From: Candidatus Gastranaerophilales bacterium
Lineage (GTDB): Bacteria > Cyanobacteriota > Vampirovibrionia > Gastranaerophilales > UBA9579
Length of the DNA stretch: 64,000 bases
NCBI GenBank assembly: GCA_028689995.1
Contig: JAQVCB010000003.1
Span: forward strand, 1,291 to 65,290
Direction: 5' to 3'
Part shown: in pieces, positions 31,833-39,782 of the stretch
How positions within the stretch are numbered: the stretch's first letter is position 1
How the letters are laid out: every line of letters starts with the position of its first letter
Position numbers and translations under genes: made by a program
The notes under the pieces: generated by a model
The model's database searches: none
Seen by the model: the letters and a program-made list of their open reading frames with translations, nothing else
What the model was told of the DNA's origin: nothing

Positions 31833-32178
31833 TGTCATCCTGAGGAGTGTAACGACGTGAGGATCTTGTCAACGTGGCAATTGTACTTATTATTTATAAT
31901 GGGCTTACCACCCAAACCCCGTGTCTATTTTCTTTTGCCGCCAAAAGAAAATAGACAAAAAGAAACGTGTCCCGAAAATAATTTCTATTTTTCTAAGTTC
32001 ACTAAATTGAGATGAAAGACAAAATGTGTTGGCTGCGGAATCTCACCTGCTTTAGCAGGTTCGGTCAGTCCTCGCCCTCCTAAAGACACGTTCACTAAGA
32101 AAAACCACGAAATTCTTTTATGGGGGATTTGTTTGAAATATGAAACTGTTGGGTCAAAGTTGACCCAACCTACTTGCT
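31833..32178 (+). repeat. Left arm of the ~350-bp inverted repeat bracketing the radical-SAM gene
   Basis: Reverse complement of 33615-33975 at roughly 90% identity by hand alignment. The inner end carries the palindrome gttgggtcaaagttgacccaac. Confidence 0.9.
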
Positions 32179-32321
32179 GGATAATTACGATTTGAATAAA
32201 CTCCTACCAAAACAGCTTGCATTATTCGAAAAATTAAGTAAAATACATACTTATTAGATTGATTTAAATTACTTACCTTTTAGCTGGGAAATATATTTTT
32301 TTTGATATAAAGGATTATCTT

Positions 32322-33560
32322 ATGAATGATGTTATTTTAAGAGAATATTACGATTTTATTTCATTAGATATTACAAGTAATTGTAATTTAAGATGCCCTT
32401 TTTGTTCTAATGATTTTAGATATATTCCTGATAATATCAATATGACAAAAAAAACTTTTGAAAAAGCGATAAAACTTTTATCATTAGCAAAAGATGATAG
32501 ATTTATGTTTTCCTGTGCGTTTGAACCATCTATAAATCCAAATTACGTTCAATTGTTAAAAATGATTCCTGAAGAAGGAAAAAATAAATGTTTTTTAACT
32601 ACTAATTTATCATTGAAGCAACCAGAGGAAACTTTCAAAGCTTTAGCTGAATCTAATATAAATTATATAAATATTTCTCTTGATTCATTAAATCCTGTTA
32701 CTTATGAATCTTTAAGAAAAGGAGCTAAATTTGATAATTTCATATCAAATTTGGAAACTATGGTGTCTACTTTTAAGAAATATCCAAATGCTCCAAAAAT
32801 TAAATTTATAACAATGGTATTTAAGCAAAATATAGGTGAATTATTAACTGTGGCACATATTTGTCATTCAAGGTATTTAGCCTATGAGCATGAATTTAGA
32901 ACCCCAGTCTATGACACATATTCATATATAGATGAAGAATGGGCAAAGAATTCCGTTATATCAAGATTAGAATGGGATAGTTTAATCGAAAATCTATCCA
33001 AATTGCAATATAGATTTGGATTTGGGCCGCCACCATTTCCTGCTCATTCAGGATCAGAAGCTGAATGCCCAGATTCTATAGTTCTGAGAATTGATTCGGA
33101 TGGTACTACACTAATAAAAAATAAAAATTATGGCAATATTAATGATATAGAAAATCCTTATGAATTTTTCAAAAGTAAGTTATATGAACTTCGTAATGAC
33201 AAGAAGCAAGAAATGATTAATGTTCGTGTTTATAAACCAAAAGAGAAAATAGAAAAGTTTATTAAAGATAATCAAGGTAAAAAAATATGTTTCTGGGGAG
33301 CAGGAGATCTTGCTAAAATAATCTTAGATGCTTATGATTTTTCAAAATTAAATGTACTCGGATTTATAGATGGAAATAAAGATAAAAAGGGTCAAAAAAT
33401 TGGTAATTATACTATTTATTCAAGTGCTGATCTTGAATTACTTGATCCCGAAATTATTGTTCTAAGTGTACTTGAGTTTAAATATTTAGCAAATCTGGTA
33501 AATAAAATATTAAAAGATAAAAATCTAAAAATAAAAGTAATTGATGACTTATTTTATTAG
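32322..33560 (+). CDS. Radical-SAM enzyme with a C-terminal Rossmann-like domain (probable glycan/sugar-modifying enzyme)
   Basis: 412 aa. ITSNCNLRCPFCSN is the CxxxCxxC cluster motif. The C-terminal ~93 aa (KICFWGAGDLAKIILDAY...GFIDGNKDKKGQKIGNY) resembles ORF 16703-17110 and NeuD/WbaP-type N-terminal domains. Confidence 0.8.
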   Translation: MNDVILREYYDFISLDITSNCNLRCPFCSNDFRYIPDNINMTKKTFEKAIKLLSLAKDDRFMFSCAFEPSINPNYVQLLKMIPEEGKNKCFLTTNLSLKQPEETFKALAESNINYINISLDSLNPVTYESLRKGAKFDNFISNLETMVSTFKKYPNAPKIKFITMVFKQNIGELLTVAHICHSRYLAYEHEFRTPVYDTYSYIDEEWAKNSVISRLEWDSLIENLSKLQYRFGFGPPPFPAHSGSEAECPDSIVLRIDSDGTTLIKNKNYGNINDIENPYEFFKSKLYELRNDKKQEMINVRVYKPKEKIEKFIKDNQGKKICFWGAGDLAKIILDAYDFSKLNVLGFIDGNKDKKGQKIGNYTIYSSADLELLDPEIIVLSVLEFKYLANLVNKILKDKNLKIKVIDDLFY

Positions 33561-33614
33561 TTTTTTATAACCTTAAATGGTATTTATGTAAGATTTAAAT
33601 AAAAAGTAGTTTTA

Positions 33615-33975
33615 GCAAGCAAGTAGGTTGGGTCAAAATTGACCCAACAGTTTTATATTCAAACAAATCTCCCCTTAAAATAATTTCGTGATTTTTCTTA
33701 GTGAACGTGTCTTTAGGAGGGCGAGGACTGACCGAACCTGCTAAAGCAGGTGAGATTCCGCAGCCGACACATTTTGTCTTTTATCTCAGTTTAGTGAACT
33801 TAGAAAAATAGAAATTATTTTCGGGGCACGTTTCTTTTGGCTACTTTTCTTTGAGTGACAAAGAAAAGTAGCACGGGTAAAGGGTGGTAAACCCTTTTAT
33901 AAATAATAAGTACAATTGTCACGTTGGCAAGATCTTCACGTTGCTTCTCTCTTCAGTATGACATTCGAGAGTTTG
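33615..33975 (-). repeat. Right arm of the ~350-bp inverted repeat bracketing the radical-SAM gene
   Basis: Reverse complement of 31833-32178. The inner end carries gttgggtcaaaattgacccaac. Confidence 0.9.
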
Positions 33976-34077
33976 TTATTTAATGGGGGCTATCTCACTT
34001 GGTTCTGCATCTAATAGACCCTGAAACAAGTTCAGGGTCACACAAAAACTTATTGCTCTGAACTATAACACTATTGA

Positions 34078-34842
34078 TTACTTAATCAATTCCCTTGCAA
34101 TGTGACTTGCCATCATATAGCCGGCGGCTGGGGGTACGAAAGGAGAGCTTCCGGGTGTAAATTTCCTCAGTTGTATATCTTCTCCTGCAGCCGTCTTAAT
34201 TTCAATAAATTCTTCTTTTTTCTCTGTTATAAAAGGTTTTTCCGTACTGGAAATAACTGTCAGTCCTTCAGTTATACCTCTGATTTTTAGCTTGTGTTTA
34301 ACATTTTTAACAAAAGCACATTTTCTGACTTTTACTTCTGAAATATCAGCTACATAAAGTTGGGCGGGATCAAGCCTGTTTCCTGCTCCCATCGAACTGA
34401 TAATTGAAACGTCAAGGTTACGGCAGGTTTCTATAAGATCAATTTTCGATTTTAAAGTATCTATGGCATCCGCTACAAAATCAACTTTTTCTGAAAATAT
34501 TTGACTATTAAGACTTAAAGAATAAAATTCATTTATTGTAACAACCTGAATATGAGGATTTATGTTTTCTATACGCTTTTTCATCAGTTCTGTCTTGAAT
34601 TTTCCGATATCAGAAATCAAAGCAAGAAGCTGTCTGTTTATATTAGTCTCTGAAACAGTATCAAAATCAATCAGAGTTAACTTTCCAATTCCGCATCTTG
34701 CAAGAGCTTCCGCAGTATAAGAACCGACTCCGCCAAGACCCGCAATAATTACATGTTTTTCAAAGAGCTTTTTTTGAGCCTCTCTGCCCCATATAAGCTC
34801 ATTTCTTTCATAAATTCTATTTATATCAATTTCGTTTGTCAT
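34078..34842 (-). CDS. tcdA: tRNA threonylcarbamoyladenosine dehydratase (ThiF/MoeB-family E1-like)
   Basis: MTNEIDINRIYERNELIWG...VIIAGLGGVGSYTAEALARCGIGKLTLIDFDTVSETNINRQ. The ATG at 34842 is preferred. The longer track ORF would overlap the upstream gene by more than 100 nt. Confidence 0.82.
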   Translation of the reverse strand: MTNEIDINRIYERNELIWGREAQKKLFEKHVIIAGLGGVGSYTAEALARCGIGKLTLIDFDTVSETNINRQLLALISDIGKFKTELMKKRIENINPHIQVVTINEFYSLSLNSQIFSEKVDFVADAIDTLKSKIDLIETCRNLDVSIISSMGAGNRLDPAQLYVADISEVKVRKCAFVKNVKHKLKIRGITEGLTVISSTEKPFITEKKEEFIEIKTAAGEDIQLRKFTPGSSPFVPPAAGYMMASHIARELIK

Positions 34843-35821
34843 TTCTTGATATTTCCAGAAGTTTTTTGTAGAGTTCTTTTTCTTTATCTGTAGGGCTATC
34901 AGGAATAACAATCTTGATTTTAACGTTATGATCGCCAAATCCGCCTTCTTTTTTTGGAAGTCCGAGTTTTTTAAGCCTTAAAGACTTTCCGGCCTGAGTT
35001 CCAGGAGGTATAGTGACTTTTACTACTCCATGCAAAGTATTAACACTTGCTATAGTGCCCAATACCGCTTCAGGAGCAGAGACTTCCAGTTCAGAACTTA
35101 TATCTGATCCTTCGATTTGATAATATGAATTACTTTTAAACCTGACTATAAGATAAAGATTGCCTTTATTATCGTATGCATCAGCCTTTCCTTCTCCTGA
35201 AAGACGTATTTTAGCACCTTCTTTAACGCCTTTTGGAATTTTAACATTTAATGTTTTGGATACTGATTTAACTCCGCTGCCGCCGCATTGATAACAACGG
35301 CTTCCTCTACCTGAACAATTTGGGCATTTATCCATATAGCTAATTTTAACTGATTTAGAAGTATCTCCCATCAGGTCTTCCGGCTCAAGAAACATTTCCT
35401 GAGTTATATCCAGATTTTCAGCATGCCCTCTTGAAGATGCATGACTTCTCGGCCTTTGCGAAAACTGCTGCCCCTGACCTGCAACATCACCAAAAATAGA
35501 TGAGAAAAAGTCACTGAAACCGCCACCCATATCTCCAAAGCCCTGAAATCCTCCAAAATTAATGTTTTCATATCCGGGAGGAGGTGTAAACTCTGATCCT
35601 TGATTCCAGCTTGAACCAAGACTGTCATACCTCTGTCTTTTTTGAGGATCAGAAAGAACTTCGTTAGCCTCATTTATATCTTTAAATTTCTTCACCGCAT
35701 CAGGAGATTTATTTACGTCAGGATGTAATTTTCTTGCCAGCTTTCTGAAAGCCGACTTGATCTCCTGTTCGGTAGCATTTCTGGAGACTCCCAGTATTTC
35801 GTAATAATCTTTATATTTCAT
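34826..35821 (-). CDS. J-domain co-chaperone (CbpA/DnaJ-like)
   Basis: 331 aa. It has a J domain (YYEILGV...HPD) and a G/F-rich region. A single compact pair of zinc motifs is present (CPNCSGRGSRCYQCGGSG). The C-terminal domains are DnaJ-like. Confidence 0.8.
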   Translation of the reverse strand: MKYKDYYEILGVSRNATEQEIKSAFRKLARKLHPDVNKSPDAVKKFKDINEANEVLSDPQKRQRYDSLGSSWNQGSEFTPPPGYENINFGGFQGFGDMGGGFSDFFSSIFGDVAGQGQQFSQRPRSHASSRGHAENLDITQEMFLEPEDLMGDTSKSVKISYMDKCPNCSGRGSRCYQCGGSGVKSVSKTLNVKIPKGVKEGAKIRLSGEGKADAYDNKGNLYLIVRFKSNSYYQIEGSDISSELEVSAPEAVLGTIASVNTLHGVVKVTIPPGTQAGKSLRLKKLGLPKKEGGFGDHNVKIKIVIPDSPTDKEKELYKKLLEISRNDKRN

Positions 35822-36239
35822 ATTGCATTATTATCTTTCAATTATGTTTCAAGTATTCAATCATTATTTTAATATATATCAACTTTATTTATTCAGGAAT
35901 TAAATATTTTTTAATTATTGAATCTTTCTAGAAACCGTTGGTTAGTGTCAAAACGGTGAAAATTCATCGTTTCCGCCGTTTCTCACCTTTGTAAGGTCGT
36001 AGTCTCAAAAGTCTCAAATTTAAAAAAATTGGACTTTTAAGACTACTTCTAACCATTATCCGTTAATAAAACAATTTTTACAAAATATTAAGAATTATAA
36101 AAGTCTTATCTGGCAAAGCTTTTATATGCATTTTTTAAAAAAAATTAATATTTCATGGCAAAAAAATTTTTCAGGATATTTTATACCATTACAGACAAAA
36201 TCTATTTTATAAACATATTACAGAAAGAGGTTCTTAAGC

Positions 36240-38132
36240 ATGAACAATATTAACTCGATCTTAAGTCAATCGTACATTCAACAAAAACAAGCTTATAAAA
36301 ATACAGAAAAAACTCAAAACAGTACCATTCAAACATTTTCAACAAATCTTGATGTAAAACTTCCTGACAGCAGATTTTATCTCCCTTTAATTGCATTTAA
36401 AGGATTAAATAGTTCACATGTTATGTTCGGTTCCGCTCTAACTGAGGCAAGAAAAAATTATACTCCTACTCTTCCTGAAGTATATTCAAATGGAATAAAC
36501 AGCGTTTCTGTTGAAATAGGTAAACCTACTAAAGCTGTTGGTAATGCAAAAGAAATAGAGGCTTTATTCCCAAACACCTATGGACAACCTATAGTCAGCT
36601 TCAAACCTACTTTAACAGGTGAAAATATTAATAAAAAAGGCATTGACGGAAATATTGGCGTAATTTTATCAGGCGGACAAGCTCCTGGCGGACATAATGT
36701 AGTTGCAGGCATCTTTTATGGACTTAAGGAAATTAATCCTGAAAGTAAATTAATTGGATTTTTTAATGGTCCCAAAGGGATTATAACTAACAAACAAAGG
36801 GATCTTCCGCAAAGTAAAATTAAAAACCTTATGAATACCGGTGGATTTAATATGATTGGATCCGGCAGAGACAAGATTGAAAAAGAAGAACATCTTGAAA
36901 AAACTCTTGAAAATTGTAAAAAAAATAATATTAAAGCATTGGTCGTAGTAGGCGGAGATGATTCTAATACAAATGCTGCTGTTATTGCTGAATATTTTAA
37001 GCAAAAAGGTTCAGATATTCAGGTAATTGGAGTACCTAAGACAATTGACGGCGATCTTAAAAATGAAATGATAGAAACTTCATTTGGATTTGATACAGCT
37101 ACAAAAGTATATTCAGAATTAATCGGAAATCTTCAGGCAGATAAACTTTCTTCAAAAAAATATTGGCACTTTGTAAAACTTATGGGAAGAGACGCTTCAC
37201 ATATAACTCTTGAATGTGCTCTTCAATCCAAACCAAATATGGCATTAATTTCTGAAGAAATTGCAAAAGAAAAGAAATCTTTTAATGATGTAATTGAAGA
37301 TATTGGAAATGTTGTTATTGATAATTCCAATAAAGACGAGGATTTTGGTGTTATTCTAATTCCTGAAGGTTTGTTGTTGTTTACTCCTGAAACAAAAAAA
37401 TTATTTGGGAATATCAGTGAAATTTTAGGCAAAATTAAAAATGATAAAGATAAGGAAGAAATGTATTCAACTTATACTACTAAACAGAAAGTTCAATACA
37501 TGGAAGAACATTTAACTTCTAAAAATGGCAATTTATACAAATCACTTCCTGATGCAATTAAGCCTCAACTTTTAAAACTGGATAGTCATGGTAATGTCGA
37601 AGTATCAGGAATTGATACTGAAAGATTATTAATGGATAAAGTCAGCGAATATATTGATAAAAAGAATGAATTTAATAAAAATAACCCTGAATGGAAAAAA
37701 GTTAAATTCTCCCCTAAATCACACTTCTTCGGTTATGAAGGAAGATGTGCTGCTCCCTCAAATTTTGATGCCAATTACTGCTATGCACTTGGCTACAACG
37801 CTGTTGCTTTAATTAATAATGGTTTAACAGGTTATATGTCAACAATTAAAAATCTTGATAAACCTGCGGAAAAATGGAATGTAGGTGGTATGCCACTTAC
37901 CGGAATGATGAACGTTGAAAGAAGAAATGGAGCAGATAAGCCTGTTATCAAGAAAGCGCTTGTTGATCTTGAAGGGGCTCCATTTAAGAAATTTAAAGCT
38001 GAAAGAGATGACTGGAAAGATGGAACTGATTTTGAAACCCCCGGTCCAATTCAATATTGGGGGCCCGATGAAGTTTGCAATGCTAAAACAAAAACTCTTG
38101 AATATGAAAGTGCTGTACGAGCAGCTAAATAA
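36240..38132 (+). CDS. pfp: Diphosphate--fructose-6-phosphate 1-phosphotransferase (PPi-PFK, long form)
   Basis: 630 aa with SGGQAPGGHNV, GGDDSNTNA, PKTIDGD and MGR. An N-terminal extension of about 70 aa has no recognisable motif. Confidence 0.88.
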   Translation: MNNINSILSQSYIQQKQAYKNTEKTQNSTIQTFSTNLDVKLPDSRFYLPLIAFKGLNSSHVMFGSALTEARKNYTPTLPEVYSNGINSVSVEIGKPTKAVGNAKEIEALFPNTYGQPIVSFKPTLTGENINKKGIDGNIGVILSGGQAPGGHNVVAGIFYGLKEINPESKLIGFFNGPKGIITNKQRDLPQSKIKNLMNTGGFNMIGSGRDKIEKEEHLEKTLENCKKNNIKALVVVGGDDSNTNAAVIAEYFKQKGSDIQVIGVPKTIDGDLKNEMIETSFGFDTATKVYSELIGNLQADKLSSKKYWHFVKLMGRDASHITLECALQSKPNMALISEEIAKEKKSFNDVIEDIGNVVIDNSNKDEDFGVILIPEGLLLFTPETKKLFGNISEILGKIKNDKDKEEMYSTYTTKQKVQYMEEHLTSKNGNLYKSLPDAIKPQLLKLDSHGNVEVSGIDTERLLMDKVSEYIDKKNEFNKNNPEWKKVKFSPKSHFFGYEGRCAAPSNFDANYCYALGYNAVALINNGLTGYMSTIKNLDKPAEKWNVGGMPLTGMMNVERRNGADKPVIKKALVDLEGAPFKKFKAERDDWKDGTDFETPGPIQYWGPDEVCNAKTKTLEYESAVRAAK

Positions 38133-38154
38133 AATAAACAATAACTCACAACAT

Positions 38155-38186
38155 AAAAGACTCCATACCGGAGTCTTTTCCTTTTA
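38155..38186 (+). terminator. Rho-independent terminator after pfp
   Basis: aaaagactcc-atacc-ggagtctttt (10-bp stem) followed by ccttttat. Confidence 0.8.
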
Positions 38187-38216
38187 TAATTAAAAATATT
38201 TATAAAGTAATACTGA

Positions 38217-38420
38217 TGCATAACTACCAAAATATTGTTTTTTTATATCCAGCCTACAGCCGCTACGACCGGGCAAAGCCCTGAATGAGTTTTTAAAAGT
38301 AAAACTCATCGTTTCACTTTTAACGCTCCCGCTTCGCTTGCTCTACTCGGTTTTCGCTTTTACAAGGGTCGATCGCAAATTTTAACTTTTTAACAAAAAT
38401 TATAGTTATGTAGCGGTCTC
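38217..38420 (-). repeat. 204-bp MITE-like element, inverted copy of 27413-27616
   Basis: The reverse complement matches 27413-27616 with only scattered substitutions (hand alignment). Confidence 0.8.
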
Positions 38421-38524
38421 AAAGTAAAAACAAATACTCGATAGATTTAGGATTCTTAACCTTGACAAAAAAACAGCCGAAAAATACCATTGATATTTAG
38501 ATTATTAAAAAAGGAGTTAATTAA

Positions 38525-38989
38525 ATGAAATTCAAAACCTCAATATTTGTTATTCTTACTGTAATGATCAGTTTATTTAATTTTAATGCCAGTGCTCTTG
38601 CAGATCAATTAGGCGTTGTTGATATTAATAAAATTTTGCAGGATTACTCTAAATCACAAAGCGCAAGAGCTGATATAAAAATTAAGGAAGCCGAAATTCA
38701 AAAATTTATTGAAAATGCCAAAAAATCTGTAAATGCTGCAAAAACAAAGACTGAAAAGAAAAAACTTGAAGCTAAATATAATACTGACTTAAAACAAAAG
38801 GTAACTGCAATTAATGCAGCACAATCCCGAAAATTACAAGAAATTCAGACAAATATTTTTAATGCAGTTAAATGTGTCGCAGCTCAAAAACAGATATCAA
38901 CAGTACTTACCAAAGAAAGCGTTATTTTGGGCGGTGAAAATCTTACTGATGAAGTTATTAAAGTATTAAATGAACAACCTGCTAAATAA
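38525..38989 (+). CDS. skp: OmpH/Skp-family periplasmic chaperone
   Basis: 154 aa. A signal peptide is followed by LGVVDINKIL and a long K/E/Q-rich coiled region. Confidence 0.78.
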   Translation: MKFKTSIFVILTVMISLFNFNASALADQLGVVDINKILQDYSKSQSARADIKIKEAEIQKFIENAKKSVNAAKTKTEKKKLEAKYNTDLKQKVTAINAAQSRKLQEIQTNIFNAVKCVAAQKQISTVLTKESVILGGENLTDEVIKVLNEQPAK

Positions 38990-39092
38990 TTTTAATAAAA
39001 TTACGCACTAATGGGGTATGAAATCAAATTACATGAATGATTTAATACCCAACAGTCATATTGATTGTTAATTAAAACCGGAGGTCAATATT

Positions 39093-39557
39093 ATGGATAT
39101 TCAATGGAAAAAAATAACTTTTATCACAGCATTAATTTTAACTTTATTCTCGTTTCCATCTTGGGCAGTTGAAGGACAATATCCTAAACAATGCAAACCG
39201 GGCACTGAAATGATGAAACAACACTACGAATCTATGCTGAAAGAACTTGGAGTTACTGCTGATCAAAAACAAAAACTTGATGCCATTATGCAGGAATCTA
39301 GAATTCAGGCAGAACCTGTCAGAAAATGTATGTGGGAAAAGAAACAAGCGCTGATGCAATATATATTTTCATCTCAGGCCACTAAGGAACAGGCTCTCTG
39401 CAAAGCAAAAGAAATAACTGATACAAAGTATCAACTGGAAGAAATTTTTATAAACGGCATGTTTAAAGCAAAATGCATTTTAACTCCTGAACAGCAACAA
39501 AAATTTATTGAACTGCATCAAAAGAAAATGATGAAATTTGAAAAATATAAAAGATAA
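39093..39557 (+). CDS. Spy/CpxP-family periplasmic protein (LTxxQ motifs)
   Basis: 154 aa with a signal peptide and two LTxxQ-type motifs (VTADQKQKL, LTPEQQQKF). Confidence 0.65.
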   Translation: MDIQWKKITFITALILTLFSFPSWAVEGQYPKQCKPGTEMMKQHYESMLKELGVTADQKQKLDAIMQESRIQAEPVRKCMWEKKQALMQYIFSSQATKEQALCKAKEITDTKYQLEEIFINGMFKAKCILTPEQQQKFIELHQKKMMKFEKYKR

Positions 39558-39782
39558 AAACCACATTATATGATGCCAAAACCTTGTCCACGCTAGTAAA
39601 TCATTTAATTTAATGTTTATAAAGTCTTTATAACAAAAGGTTATAACCTCTTGTTATTATTTTCAAGAATATAAACTGAGATTAAAAATTAACTTTTGAA
39701 AAGATTTTCAAATTATAAAATCTTTTTAGTAGACATTCTTTCAACTCTGATATGTAATTTAAATAACCTAGAATTGCAAGAG

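Noticed and set aside
31565-32015. Short ORFs inside the long repeats beginning MGLPPKP...
   Set aside because: The reading frame and stop position differ between copies (27 aa in copy A and 38 aa in copy B, with different sequences after residue 7). The copies differ by indels. There is no RBS.
31438-34077. CRISPR array as an interpretation of the repeated DNA around the radical-SAM gene
   Set aside because: The repeat units are ~250-350 bp rather than 24-48 bp. There are only three copies, one of them inverted. There are no regularly spaced unique spacers and no cas genes.
34843-34938. N-terminal extension of the tcdA ORF (track start 34938)
   Set aside because: It would overlap the cbpA-like gene by 113 nt. 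The ThiF-family homology begins right after the internal ATG at 34842.
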